From Tagaea sp. (GTDB taxonomy: Bacteria > Pseudomonadota > Alphaproteobacteria > CACIAM-22H2), in the NCBI GenBank assembly GCA_965228135.1, contig OZ245798.1:139496-203495 (forward strand): a DNA stretch of 64,000 bases, given 5' to 3'. Positions 49,891-60,300 of this stretch are shown piece after piece. Each line of letters starts with the position of its first letter. Within the stretch, counting starts at the first letter, position 1. A model generated the notes under the pieces. The model was not told the DNA's origin and searched no databases. It saw nothing but the letters and a program-made list of their open reading frames with translations. Position numbers and translations under genes: made by a program.

Positions 49891-51404
49891 GCGCGTTGCG
49901 CTTCTTCCTGCCGCGCGACGCGGGCGCGCTCGCCGTCGGCGCCGATGGCGTTGCGAAATCGCTGCAGGCGGCGGCGCAAACGCGCGGCATCGCATTGGAA
50001 TTGGTGCGTACCGGCTCGCGCGGGCTCTATTGGCTCGAGCCGATGCTGGAACTCGAAACGCCGCAAGGCCGCATCGCGTTCGGACCGGTCGAGCCGGAAG
50101 ACGTCGCGTCGATCCTCGACGCCGTCATCGCCAATAAGCCGCATGCGAAAGCTTTGGGGCCGACCGAAGCGATCCCGTTCCTCGCGCGCCAAACGCGCTT
50201 GACGTTCGAACGCTGTGGCGTCGTCGATCCTTTGGCGCCGGTGGCGTTCAAGGGGCTCGACGCCGCGCGCGCGCTCGGCGCGCAAGCGACGATCGATGCG
50301 GTGACGCAATCGGGTTTGCGCGGGCGCGGCGGGGCGGGGTTCCCGACCGGCATCAAGTGGAACACGGTGCGCGCCGCACCCGGCGCGCGCAAATATATCG
50401 TCTGCAACGCCGACGAAGGCGATTCCGGCACCTTCGCCGATCGCATGTTGATGGAAGGCGATCCCTTCGGGCTGATCGAGGGCATGGCGATCGCCGGCTT
50501 CGCGGTCGGCGCGACGAAGGGCTTCGTCTATATCCGCTCCGAATATCCCCACGCCATCGCCACGCTCGACGCCGCGTTGCGCATCGCGCGCGCGAACAAG
50601 CTGCTGGGCGCGGAATTCGATATCGAGATCCGCGTCGGGGCGGGTGCTTATGTGTGCGGCGAGGAAACGGCGTTGCTCGAAAGCCTGGAAGGCCGCCGCG
50701 GCACGGTGCGCGCCAAGCCGCCTTTGCCCGCCCATCGCGGCCTGTTCGGCATGCCCACGGTCGTCAACAATGTGATCTCGCTCGCGACCGTGCCGTGGAT
50801 CCTCGCGAACGGTGCCGGCGCCTATCGCGATTTCGGCATGGGCAAATCGCGCGGCACGATGCCCATTCAATTGGCGGGCAACGTCAAACATGGCGGCCTT
50901 TACGAGACCGCGTTCGGCGTGACGTTGGGCGAATTGGTCGACGACATCGGCGGCGGAACCGCGACGGGTCGTCCCATGCGCGCCGTGCAAGTCGGCGGAC
51001 CGCTCGGCGCCTATTTCCCGCGCGCGCTGTTCGACACGAAGTTCGATTACGAAGCCTTCGCCGCACGCGACGGTTTGATCGGTCATGGCGGCATCGTCGT
51101 GTTCGACGATTCCGTGGATATGGCCGCGCAAGCGCGCTTTGCCATGGAGTTCTGCGCGCATGAATCCTGCGGCAAATGCACGCCGTGCCGCATCGGCTCG
51201 ACGCGCGGGGTGGAGACGATCGACAAGATCGTCGCCGGTACCGATCGCGCGGCGAACACCGCGCTGCTCGAAGATCTCTGCCAGACGCTGAAATTCGGTT
51301 CGCTCTGCGCCTTGGGCGGCTTCACGCCCTATCCGGTGCTGAGCGCCTTGCATCACTTCCCCGAGGATTTCGGCGCGGGCGGCAAGCTCGCCGCGGCCGA
51401 GTGA
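49887..51404 (+). CDS. fdsB: NAD-dependent formate dehydrogenase beta subunit (NuoF-like)
   Basis: GRGGAGF, NADEGD, YVCGEET and SCGKCTPCR motifs. Confidence 0.93.
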   Translation: MSALRFFLPRDAGALAVGADGVAKSLQAAAQTRGIALELVRTGSRGLYWLEPMLELETPQGRIAFGPVEPEDVASILDAVIANKPHAKALGPTEAIPFLARQTRLTFERCGVVDPLAPVAFKGLDAARALGAQATIDAVTQSGLRGRGGAGFPTGIKWNTVRAAPGARKYIVCNADEGDSGTFADRMLMEGDPFGLIEGMAIAGFAVGATKGFVYIRSEYPHAIATLDAALRIARANKLLGAEFDIEIRVGAGAYVCGEETALLESLEGRRGTVRAKPPLPAHRGLFGMPTVVNNVISLATVPWILANGAGAYRDFGMGKSRGTMPIQLAGNVKHGGLYETAFGVTLGELVDDIGGGTATGRPMRAVQVGGPLGAYFPRALFDTKFDYEAFAARDGLIGHGGIVVFDDSVDMAAQARFAMEFCAHESCGKCTPCRIGSTRGVETIDKIVAGTDRAANTALLEDLCQTLKFGSLCALGGFTPYPVLSALHHFPEDFGAGGKLAAAE

Positions 51405-51414
51405 AGGACCGGTC

Positions 51415-54261
51415 ATGGGCCTGATTCACGAAACCGATTACGGCACGAAGCCGAGTGCTTCGGCGAAGACCGTCTCGCTCACCATCGACGGCACGAAGGT
51501 CGAAGTCGCCGAAGGCACCTCGATCATGCGCGCGGCGATGGAGGCGGGGATCCAAGTCCCCAAGCTCTGCGCCACGGATACGCTCGACGCGTTCGGTTCG
51601 TGCCGCTTGTGCCTGGTCGAAATTCAGGGGCGCAACGGCACGCCCGCGTCCTGCACCACGTCGGTCGCGGAAGGTCTGGTCGTGTCGACCCAGACGCCGC
51701 GCTTGAAGCAGCTCCGGCGCGGGGTGATGGAGCTTTATATCTCCGATCATCCGCTCGACTGCCTGACCTGTGCCGCCAACGGCGATTGCGAATTGCAGGA
51801 CATGGCGGGCGCCGTCGGCTTGCGTGATGTCCGCTACGGCTATGCGGGCGAGAATCATCTCGGCCTCGCCAAGGACGAGAGCAATCCTTATTTCACGTTC
51901 GATTCCTCGAAATGCATCGCGTGCTCGCGCTGCGTGCGCGCCTGCGAGGAAACGCAAGGCACGTTCGCATTGACCATCGAAGGGCGCGGCTTCGGCTCGC
52001 GCGTCTCGGCCGGGGCGGGCGATAGCTTCCTTGAATCCGATTGCGTCTCCTGCGGTGCTTGCGTGCAAGCCTGCCCGACCGCGACGTTGACCGAAAAGTC
52101 GGTCATCGAGATCGGCCAGCCGGAGCATTCGGTCGTCACGACCTGCGCCTATTGCGGCGTGGGCTGTTCGTTCAAAGCCGAAATGCGCGGCGAAGAGGTC
52201 GTGCGCATGGTGCCGTACAAGGATGGCAAGGCCAATCGCGGCCATTCTTGCGTCAAAGGCCGCTTTGCTTGGGGTTACGCCACGCATAAGGATCGGATTT
52301 TGAATCCGATGATCCGCGCCAAGATTACCGATCCGTGGCGCGAGGTGAGCTGGGACGAAGCGCTGGCGTATGCCGCGTCGGAATTCAAGCGCATCCAGGC
52401 GACTTATGGCCGCAACGCGGTGGGCGGTATTACGTCTTCGCGCTGCACGAACGAAGAAACCTATCTGGTGCAGAAGCTCGTGCGCGCGGGCTTCGGCAAC
52501 AACAATGTCGATACCTGCGCGCGCGTCTGCCATTCGCCCACGGGCTACGGCTTGTCGACAACCTATGGCACCTCGGCCGGCACGCAGGATTTCGATTCCG
52601 TCGAGCACGCCGATGTCGTGGTCGTGATCGGCGCCAACCCGACCGACGGGCATCCGGTTTTCGCGTCGCGCCTCAAGAAGCGCCTGCGCGAGGGCGCGAA
52701 GCTGATCGTCATCGATCCGCGCCGTATCGATCTGGTACGCACGCCGCATGTCGAGGCGGCGCATCATTTGCCGCTGCGCCCCGGCACCAACGTGGCGGTG
52801 CTGACGGCGCTGGCGCATGTCATCGTCACCGAAGGCTTGGTGAACGAAGAATTCGTGCGCGCGAATTGCGATCTCGCCGAGTTCAACCGCTGGGCCGCGT
52901 TCGTGGCCGAGGAGCGCAATTCGCCGGAGGAAGTCGCAAAATTCGCGGGCGTGGCGGCCGAAACGATCCGCGCAGCCGCGCGGCTCTACGCGACGGGCGG
53001 CAATGCGGCGATCTATTACGGGCTGGGCGTGACCGAGCATAGCCAGGGCTCGACCTCGGTCATGGCGATCGCCAATCTCGCCATGGCGACGGGCAATATC
53101 GGCCGGCCGGGCGTGGGCGTGAATCCGCTACGCGGGCAGAACAACGTGCAGGGCGCTTGCGACATGGGCTCGTTCCCGCACGAGTTGTCGGGCTACCGGC
53201 ATGTTTCCGATGATGGCGCGCGTGCCATGTTCGAAACCCTGTGGGGCGTTTCGCTCGACAAGGAGCCGGGCTTGCGCATCCCCAATATGCTCGACGCCGC
53301 CGTGCATGGCACGTTCAAAGGCCTCTACATCCAGGGCGAGGACATTCTGCAATCCGATCCCGATACGCGCCACGTCGCGGCCGGGCTTGGGGCGATGGAA
53401 TGCGTGATCGTGCAGGATCTGTTCCTGAACGAGACCGCGAACTACGCCCATATCTTCCTGCCGGGATCGACCTTCCTGGAGAAGGACGGCACCTTCACCA
53501 ACGCCGAACGGCGCATCCAGCGCGTGCGCAAGGTGATGACGCCCCGCAACGGCATGGGCGATTGGGAAGTGACGCTCGCCTTCGCCAAGGCGTTGGGCTT
53601 TACGATGGATTACGCGCATCCCGGCCAGATCATGGACGAGATCGCGGCCGTGACGCCGACCTTCAAGGGCGTGTCCTACGCCAAGCTCGACGAACGCGGC
53701 TCGGTCCAGTGGCCGTGCAACGACGCCGCACCGGAGGGCACGCCGGTCATGCATGTCGGCGGTTTCGTGCGTGGCAAAGGCCGCTTCATGATCACGGAAT
53801 ACGTGGCGACGGACGAGCGCGTCGGCCCGCGTTTCCCGTTGCTGCTGACCACGGGCCGCATCCTCAGCCAATACAATGTCGGCGCCCAAACCCGGCGCAC
53901 CGCGAACGTGGTGTGGCACGAGGAAGACCGGCTGGAGATCAATCCGCACGATGCGGAGGAGCGCGGCATTCGCGACGGCGACTGGGTCGCCGTGCGCAGC
54001 CGAGCGGGCGAGACGACGTTGCGCGCCCTGATCACCGATCGCGTCGCGGCGGGCGTGGTCTACACCACGTTCCATCACCCGGACACGCAAGCCAATGTCG
54101 TGACGACCGATTTCTCCGATTGGGCGACGAACTGCCCCGAATACAAGGTGACGGCCGTGCAATGCATGCCTTCGAATGGTCCCAGCGCGTGGCAGGCGCG
54201 TTATCGCGATCATGCCGAGCAATCGCGGCGGATCGAAAAACCGGCGGAGGTGGCGGAATGA
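51415..54261 (+). CDS. fdsA: NAD-dependent formate dehydrogenase alpha subunit (Cys-type, Mo-bisPGD)
   Basis: Several Fe-S motifs; DTCARVCH active site; PLRGQNNVQG. Confidence 0.95.
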   Translation: MGLIHETDYGTKPSASAKTVSLTIDGTKVEVAEGTSIMRAAMEAGIQVPKLCATDTLDAFGSCRLCLVEIQGRNGTPASCTTSVAEGLVVSTQTPRLKQLRRGVMELYISDHPLDCLTCAANGDCELQDMAGAVGLRDVRYGYAGENHLGLAKDESNPYFTFDSSKCIACSRCVRACEETQGTFALTIEGRGFGSRVSAGAGDSFLESDCVSCGACVQACPTATLTEKSVIEIGQPEHSVVTTCAYCGVGCSFKAEMRGEEVVRMVPYKDGKANRGHSCVKGRFAWGYATHKDRILNPMIRAKITDPWREVSWDEALAYAASEFKRIQATYGRNAVGGITSSRCTNEETYLVQKLVRAGFGNNNVDTCARVCHSPTGYGLSTTYGTSAGTQDFDSVEHADVVVVIGANPTDGHPVFASRLKKRLREGAKLIVIDPRRIDLVRTPHVEAAHHLPLRPGTNVAVLTALAHVIVTEGLVNEEFVRANCDLAEFNRWAAFVAEERNSPEEVAKFAGVAAETIRAAARLYATGGNAAIYYGLGVTEHSQGSTSVMAIANLAMATGNIGRPGVGVNPLRGQNNVQGACDMGSFPHELSGYRHVSDDGARAMFETLWGVSLDKEPGLRIPNMLDAAVHGTFKGLYIQGEDILQSDPDTRHVAAGLGAMECVIVQDLFLNETANYAHIFLPGSTFLEKDGTFTNAERRIQRVRKVMTPRNGMGDWEVTLAFAKALGFTMDYAHPGQIMDEIAAVTPTFKGVSYAKLDERGSVQWPCNDAAPEGTPVMHVGGFVRGKGRFMITEYVATDERVGPRFPLLLTTGRILSQYNVGAQTRRTANVVWHEEDRLEINPHDAEERGIRDGDWVAVRSRAGETTLRALITDRVAAGVVYTTFHHPDTQANVVTTDFSDWATNCPEYKVTAVQCMPSNGPSAWQARYRDHAEQSRRIEKPAEVAE

Positions 54262-55085
54262 CCGGCGCATTCAAGCCCGCATATCGCGTTTCCAACGAAG
54301 TGTGGCGCGGCGATGCGCCGCGACCGGGCGCGCGCCATGTGCCCGAGGAAACCGCGATCGCTTTCAGCTACGACCGCGCCACGCATGCGGTGATGATGGC
54401 GAGCCCCGCCGATCTCGAGGATTTCGCCCTCGGCTTCTCGCTGAACGAAGGCATCGTCGCATCGCCGGCGGAAATCGAGGAAATCGAGATCCGTTCGACG
54501 GACGAAGGGATCGAGCTGCGCATGGCGCTGGCCGAGCCGCGCGCCGACGCCTTTGTCGAACGCCGCCGCTATATGGCGGGGCCGACGGGCTGCGGTCTTT
54601 GCGGCATCGACAGTTTGAAGGAAGCGACCAAGACGCCGCCGGTCGTGACCGCCGACCCGCGCATCGCGCGCGCGGATATTGCCGCCGCGATCGCGGCTTT
54701 GCCCGTTGCCCAGTCGCTGCATCGCTTGACCCATGCGGCGCATGGCGCGGCGCTGTGGGTTCGCGGCGAAGGTCTGGTCTGCATGCGCGAGGATGTCGGC
54801 CGCCACAATGCGCTCGATAAGCTCGCCGGCGCTTTGGCGTGCGAAGGCCGCCGCGCGGAAGCGGGGATCGTCGTGTTGACCAGCCGTGTGTCGGTCGAAC
54901 TCGTGCAGAAAGCGGCGATGATGGGGGCCCCCGTGCTCGTCGCCGTATCGGCGCCGACCGCCTTGGCGATCCGCACGGCCGAGGCGGCGGGGATCACGCT
55001 GATCGGCATCGCGCGCGACGACGGGTTCGAGGTGTTCACCCATGCCGCGCGCGTCGCGGAAGGGAAGGCCCGCGATGTCGCCTGA
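54258..55085 (+). CDS. fdhD: FdhD/FdsC sulfurtransferase
   Basis: GCGLCG, EDVGRHNALDK and SAPT motifs. Confidence 0.92.
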   Translation: MTGAFKPAYRVSNEVWRGDAPRPGARHVPEETAIAFSYDRATHAVMMASPADLEDFALGFSLNEGIVASPAEIEEIEIRSTDEGIELRMALAEPRADAFVERRRYMAGPTGCGLCGIDSLKEATKTPPVVTADPRIARADIAAAIAALPVAQSLHRLTHAAHGAALWVRGEGLVCMREDVGRHNALDKLAGALACEGRRAEAGIVVLTSRVSVELVQKAAMMGAPVLVAVSAPTALAIRTAEAAGITLIGIARDDGFEVFTHAARVAEGKARDVA

Positions 55086-55281
55086 GAAGCTCGTCTACAT
55101 GGCCAATCAGATCGGCAAGTTTTTCGCCCATCAAGGCGAAAGCGCGCATGTCGAAGTCGCGGCGCATTTGAAGAAATTCTGGGATCCGCGCATGCGCGAC
55201 GGCATCCTGTCCCATCTCGACGCAGGCGGGCACGGCTTGGACCCGCATGTGCGCCAGGCGGTCGAAAAGCTGCGCAAATAA
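55075..55281 (+). CDS. fdsD: Formate dehydrogenase delta subunit
   Basis: LVYMANQI...HLKKFWDPRMR. Confidence 0.9.
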   Translation: MSPEKLVYMANQIGKFFAHQGESAHVEVAAHLKKFWDPRMRDGILSHLDAGGHGLDPHVRQAVEKLRK

Positions 55282-55361
55282 GCCGTTCCGCGCCGCGAAA
55301 GCTTGCCTGCGCTTCGGACACCGGCAATAAGGGCATATCCGCCTGTCCGGGAGCCCCTCGA

Positions 55362-56531
55362 ATGACCGTCCGTATCGTCGATGTCCGCGAAGTCACCAAG
55401 CCGATCGCGTCGCCCATCCGCAACGCCTATATCGATTTCTCGAAAATGACGTCGAGCTTGGTGGCGGTCGTCACCAATGTGGAGCGCAACGGCAAAACGG
55501 TCGTGGGCTACGGCTTCAATTCGAATGGACGCTACGGCCAAGGCGGCTTGATCCGCGAGCGTTTCGCCGATCGCCTGAAGGAAGCCGATCCCAAATCGCT
55601 GCTCGACGCGACGGGCGAGAATATCGATCCGGACAAGGCCTGGGCGGCGATGATGAAGAACGAAAAGCCGGGCGGGCACGGCGAACGTTCGGTCGCGGTG
55701 GGTACGCTCGACATGGCGATCTGGGACGCGGTCGCCAAGATCGCCGGAAAGCCGCTGTTCCGCCTGCTGGCCGAGCGCCACGGCCGCACCGCCAATCCGC
55801 GCGTCTTCGTCTATGCCGCCGGCGGTTATTATTATCCGGGCAAGGACAACTCGGCCCTGCGCAAGGAGATGCGCGGCTATCTCGAGCGCGGCTACAACGT
55901 CGTGAAAATGAAGATCGGCGGCGCTTCGATCGCCGAGGATCGCGGCCGCATCGAAGCGGTGCTCGACGAGATCGGGCCCAAGAACCAGCTCGCGGTGGAC
56001 GCGAACGGGCGCTTCGACCTCGAAACCGCGATCGCCTACGCCAAGATGCTGCGCGACTATCCGCTGTTCTGGTACGAGGAGGCGGGCGATCCGTTGGACT
56101 ATCACGTCCAAGCGTCGCTGGCGGAGTTCTATCCCGGCCCGATGGCGACCGGCGAGAACCTGTTTAGCCATCAGGACGCGCGCAATCTGCTGCGCTATGG
56201 CGGCATGCGCCTCGATCGCGACTGGCTGCAATTCGATTGCGCGCTGTCCTATGGCTTGTGCGAATACCAGCGCACGTTGGAGGTCTTGAAGACCCATGGC
56301 TGGTCGCCCAGCCGCTGCGTGCCGCATGGCGGGCACCAGATGTCGCTGAACATCGCGGCGGGCTTGGGCCTTGGCGGGAACGAAAGCTATCCCGATCTGT
56401 TCCAGCCCTACGGCGGCTTCCCGGACGGCGTGAAGGTGATCGATGGGCACATCACCATGCCCGATCTGCCGGGCATCGGCTTCGAGGGCAAATCGGATCT
56501 CTATGCCGAGATGAAGGCGCTGGCGAGCTGA
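55362..56531 (+). CDS. tarD: D-(-)-tartrate dehydratase (enolase superfamily)
   Basis: Closely resembles Bradyrhizobium TarD as recalled: IRNAYIDF, NEKPGGHGERS, KMKIG and PHGGH. Confidence 0.85.
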   Translation: MTVRIVDVREVTKPIASPIRNAYIDFSKMTSSLVAVVTNVERNGKTVVGYGFNSNGRYGQGGLIRERFADRLKEADPKSLLDATGENIDPDKAWAAMMKNEKPGGHGERSVAVGTLDMAIWDAVAKIAGKPLFRLLAERHGRTANPRVFVYAAGGYYYPGKDNSALRKEMRGYLERGYNVVKMKIGGASIAEDRGRIEAVLDEIGPKNQLAVDANGRFDLETAIAYAKMLRDYPLFWYEEAGDPLDYHVQASLAEFYPGPMATGENLFSHQDARNLLRYGGMRLDRDWLQFDCALSYGLCEYQRTLEVLKTHGWSPSRCVPHGGHQMSLNIAAGLGLGGNESYPDLFQPYGGFPDGVKVIDGHITMPDLPGIGFEGKSDLYAEMKALAS

Positions 56532-56539
56532 GTGCCGCC

Positions 56540-57037
56540 ATGTATGTCGACTCTTTCATGACCCGCGCGATCGAATTGTCGGCCCAAGCGCTGACGGAGA
56601 AGGGCTGCGAGCCCTTCGGCGCCGTGGTCGTGAAGGACGGCCGGATCGTGGGGGAGGGCTACAACCACGCCGTCCAGCGCCACGATCCCACATCGCATAG
56701 CGAGATCGAGGCGATCCGCGACGCGTGCCGCAATCTCGCGACGGTCGATCTGTCGGATACCGAGATGTACACGTCGTGCGAACCGTGTGCGCTGTGCGTC
56801 GCGGCGATGCTGGTCGCGGGGGTAGGGCGCGTCTATTACGCCGTCACGCTCGAACAATCGGATGCCGCGTTGGCGCATCTCTCCCAAGACAAGCGCCCCT
56901 ACGAAATGGATGCGGCGGCGCTGCGCATTCAGGTCGGCCTGAAGATGGAAGCGCGCCGCTTGGCGTCGGAATCCCATCGCGCCGACGATGCGAAAGCCGT
57001 GATCGATTCCTGGGCGCGGGCGCAAGCGGCGCGCTAA
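56540..57037 (+). CDS. Zn-dependent nucleoside/nucleobase deaminase (guanine deaminase-like)
   Basis: PFGAVVV, HSE and EPCALC motifs. Confidence 0.85.
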   Translation: MYVDSFMTRAIELSAQALTEKGCEPFGAVVVKDGRIVGEGYNHAVQRHDPTSHSEIEAIRDACRNLATVDLSDTEMYTSCEPCALCVAAMLVAGVGRVYYAVTLEQSDAALAHLSQDKRPYEMDAAALRIQVGLKMEARRLASESHRADDAKAVIDSWARAQAAR

Positions 57038-57202
57038 GCGGAGTTTCGCAAATCGCAAACGCAAACTTTGCGGGGGTGCCGAAAAGCGCAGCCGCGGCCG
57101 GAAAAAATCGGCTGTAATTTGACAATGACCATATTTGGCCCTAACACTACGCGCGTATTCCCATCCTCGATCCTGACGGCGTTCAAATCCGTCCACGGCA
57201 CG

Positions 57203-58225
57203 ATGCGTATTCTGGACGATTACCGCGCCCTTTCGGGGCAGGAGAAAGCCGCGATCCTCCTGCTTTCGCTGGGCGAGGAAGTCGCGAGCAAACTCTTCGC
57301 GTTGATGTCCGACGACGAGATCAAGGAATTGTCCCAGACCATGGCCGGGCTGGGCACGGTCAATGCGTCGATCATCGAACGGCTGATCATCGAATTCGCG
57401 GATCAAATCTCGGCGACGGGCTCGCTCGCCGGCACGTTCGATTCCGCCGAACGCTTTCTCGGCAAGGTCCTCGACAAGAAGCGCGCGTCCGACATTCTCG
57501 ACGAAATCCGCGGTCCGATGGGCCGCACGATGTGGGACAAGCTCGCCAACGTCAACGAGGCGATCCTCTCCAACTATCTCAAGAACGAATACCCGCAGAC
57601 CGTCGCGGTCGTGCTGTCGAAGATCAAGCCGGATCACGCCGCGCGCGTGCTGGCGACGATGCCCGACGCCTTCGCGATGGAAGTCGTCATGCGCATGCTG
57701 CGCATGGAAAGCGTGGGAAAAGAGGTTTTGGAGGATGTCGAGCGCGTTCTGCGCACCGAGTTCATGGCGAATATCGCCAAGCAGAACCGCCGCGACACGC
57801 ACGAAATGATGGCCGAGATCTTCAACGCCCTCGATCGAACGACAGAGACGCGCTTCACCACGGCGCAGGAGGAACGCAATCGGGAGTCGGCCGAGAAGAT
57901 CCGCGCGCTGATGTTCAAATTCGAGGATCTGTCGCGCCTCGATCCGGGCGGGGTGCAAACTTTGCTGCGCGCGGTCGACAAGTCGAAACTGGCCCTTGCT
58001 TTGAAGGGGGCGACCGAAGCGCTGCGCGATTTGTTCTTCTCCAACATGTCCGAGCGCGCGGGAAAGCTCCTGAAGGAGGAGATCGAGGCGCTGGGGCCCG
58101 TGCGCACGCGCGACGTGATCGAAGCGCAGGGTGCGATGATCAACACGGCGAAGGATCTCGCCGCGCGGGACGAAATTGTGTTGTCAAAGGGTGGAAAAGG
58201 CGGCGATGACGATCTCATCTATTGA
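57203..58225 (+). CDS. fliG: Flagellar motor switch protein FliG
   Basis: [26 protein letters not shown] and NMSERA motifs. Confidence 0.92.
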   Translation: MRILDDYRALSGQEKAAILLLSLGEEVASKLFALMSDDEIKELSQTMAGLGTVNASIIERLIIEFADQISATGSLAGTFDSAERFLGKVLDKKRASDILDEIRGPMGRTMWDKLANVNEAILSNYLKNEYPQTVAVVLSKIKPDHAARVLATMPDAFAMEVVMRMLRMESVGKEVLEDVERVLRTEFMANIAKQNRRDTHEMMAEIFNALDRTTETRFTTAQEERNRESAEKIRALMFKFEDLSRLDPGGVQTLLRAVDKSKLALALKGATEALRDLFFSNMSERAGKLLKEEIEALGPVRTRDVIEAQGAMINTAKDLAARDEIVLSKGGKGGDDDLIY

Positions 58226-58407
58226 ACCGAGTGCCGCCGCGCGGCCGGCCCGTTATCCGATCCGACCGCTCGTGCGTCCGAATGCGTCGTGCTTCGCATT
58301 TCGCAAAATTGACGGCGAAAAAATTCCTTGTCGCATCGCGGCAAATCAACTAGACAAGCCCCTGAATCTATTGGAATACGGGCGGAGCCCTTCCGGGAAT
58401 ACGGTCG

Positions 58408-59493
58408 ATGACCAGTGAGAGGCTGATGCATCAGCTGCGGGAGATCCTGTCGTCGATCTCCAGCGACCGCAGCCAATCGAATGTCGGTGTCGCCGCCGCT
58501 CTCGCCAAGCTGATCCTGGAATTGGGCGTTTCGGACAAGGTATCGCGTTTCAGCATCCTGCTGATCGAGCTGGTCAAGGCGATCATCCGCGAAGTCGAAA
58601 AGCCGGTGCGCAAGATGCTGGCGGACGAGCTGGCGACGGATTCGCGCGCCTCGCGCGGCATCGTGCGCGCCTTGGCCGAGGACGATATCGACGTCGCCTG
58701 GCCGATCCTGCTGCGCAGCAAATCGCTCGAAGATACCGACCTGATCGAGATCGCGATCAAGGGATCGATCCGCCATCGCCTGGCAATCGCGCAACGCGAA
58801 CTCGTCGAGGAAGTGGTGAGCGCGGCGGTCATGGCGTTCGGCGAGCCGGAAGTCGCCAAATCGCTGCTCGCCAATGCGGGCGCGCGCATCTCCGAGCGCA
58901 CCTTCGTGCGCATCGCCGAGATCGCCAAGGAGTGGGGCGATATGCAGCCGCCATTGGCCGCGCGCCCCGATCTGCCCGCGTCGATCGCGTTCGAAATGCT
59001 CGAATGGGCGATCGACGGCGTTCACGAAAAACTCTACGCCGCCGTCGGCGGCGACAAGACCAAGCTGCGGCGTATCGTCTTGTCCGCGCTCGACGGCGAC
59101 AAACTCGCCGGGGATTTGGCCGAGGCGTTGCGCGGCCGGCTCGACGAAGCCGCCGCGAGCGGTGCGCGAATAGGCGAGGCGGATCTGTCGCTGATCCTCA
59201 CCACGCTACCCGACGATCGGCGCGACTTGAAGGAGCTCGCCGTCAGCGAGTTTTTGTCCGAGCCGCTGAAGATAATTCGCGGCACGGTGCGCAGCGGCTC
59301 GCCCGAGCAATTCGCGGTGCTTTGCCGCGCCGCCGATATTTCCAAGCGCATGTTCGAAAGCATTTGCGATCAGCTTGGCCCGGCGAGTCTGTTCGAGCGA
59401 TCGGGCTGGCTGCTGCAGGCGACGAAGGCTTTCCAGTCGATGAGCGTTTCGCAAGCGCAGATGGCGGCATCGTCGGTCGCACGCAAGTTGTGA
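58408..59493 (+). CDS. DUF2336 domain protein
   Basis: LAEDDIDVAWPILLRSKSLEDTDL, HRLAIAQR, LLANAGARIS and LAARPDLP segments. Confidence 0.8.
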   Translation: MTSERLMHQLREILSSISSDRSQSNVGVAAALAKLILELGVSDKVSRFSILLIELVKAIIREVEKPVRKMLADELATDSRASRGIVRALAEDDIDVAWPILLRSKSLEDTDLIEIAIKGSIRHRLAIAQRELVEEVVSAAVMAFGEPEVAKSLLANAGARISERTFVRIAEIAKEWGDMQPPLAARPDLPASIAFEMLEWAIDGVHEKLYAAVGGDKTKLRRIVLSALDGDKLAGDLAEALRGRLDEAAASGARIGEADLSLILTTLPDDRRDLKELAVSEFLSEPLKIIRGTVRSGSPEQFAVLCRAADISKRMFESICDQLGPASLFERSGWLLQATKAFQSMSVSQAQMAASSVARKL

Positions 59494-59604
59494 GCCGAAT
59501 CGGCAGTACATTTTCCGCGCGAAGCAACCAGTTTGCGGATTTGCAAAATGCTAAACGAATTCTGGACGCAAGGACGCGTTGAGCATAAATTCTGAGGCCA
59601 AGTT

Positions 59605-60300
59605 GTGTCTCGAGAGGAAAAAGTGTCTGCGGAAGTGAGAGCGCTGAAGCAACCGCGCCCGGTCGGACGCCCCAGTCTTGCGGAGGCCGAAGATGTGCGC
59701 CGCCTCTTGCTCGATGCGGCGCTGGCGCTGATCGAAGTCGAGGGTGTTGAAGGCTTCTCGTTGCGCGAATGCGCGCGCCGCGCGGGCGTTTCCCATGCCG
59801 CACCGGCCCATCATTTCGTCGATAAAGCGGGTTTGTTGACCGAATTCGCCGCCGAGGCGTTCGACGAGCTCGGCCGCACGATCGAACGGCGGACGCTGCG
59901 CACGGCGGGGGCGCCCGCCAAGCGTTTCCGCGAGACGGCGTTGGGGTATATCGAATTCGCGATCGCCAACCGCTCGCGCTTCCAGCTGATGTTCCGTTCG
60001 GACGTCGTCGACGTCACCTCGATTCGCCTGCGTTCGGCGTTCGATGCGTGTCATCAGCGCATCTATGGCGCGATGGCCGAGTTGCTCGTCGGCGCCAACG
60101 GCCCCAATGAACGCTCGGTCGCCAAGATGACCATGGCGTGGGCGGCGATCCACGGCTTCGCCGTGCTCGCCCTCGACGGCGGTTTCGGCGCGGTATTCCC
60201 GGGCAAAGGTGCCGATCATGCGCGCGGCGGTACGCGCGCGATCATGGACCTTGCCGGCGGCACGGTCCGCGAAGTCGAAAAAGCCCTCAAATCCGCCTAA
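59605..60300 (+). CDS. TetR/AcrR regulator (WHG-type C-terminal domain)
   Basis: FSLRECARRAGVSHAAPAHHF and WAAIHG; exact start uncertain. Confidence 0.88.
   Translation: MSREEKVSAEVRALKQPRPVGRPSLAEAEDVRRLLLDAALALIEVEGVEGFSLRECARRAGVSHAAPAHHFVDKAGLLTEFAAEAFDELGRTIERRTLRTAGAPAKRFRETALGYIEFAIANRSRFQLMFRSDVVDVTSIRLRSAFDACHQRIYGAMAELLVGANGPNERSVAKMTMAWAAIHGFAVLALDGGFGAVFPGKGADHARGGTRAIMDLAGGTVREVEKALKSA

Noticed and set aside
57038-57200. c-di-GMP riboswitch upstream of fliG
   Set aside because: GCAAAC words are present, but the GEMM P2 tetraloop/receptor arrangement could not be built.
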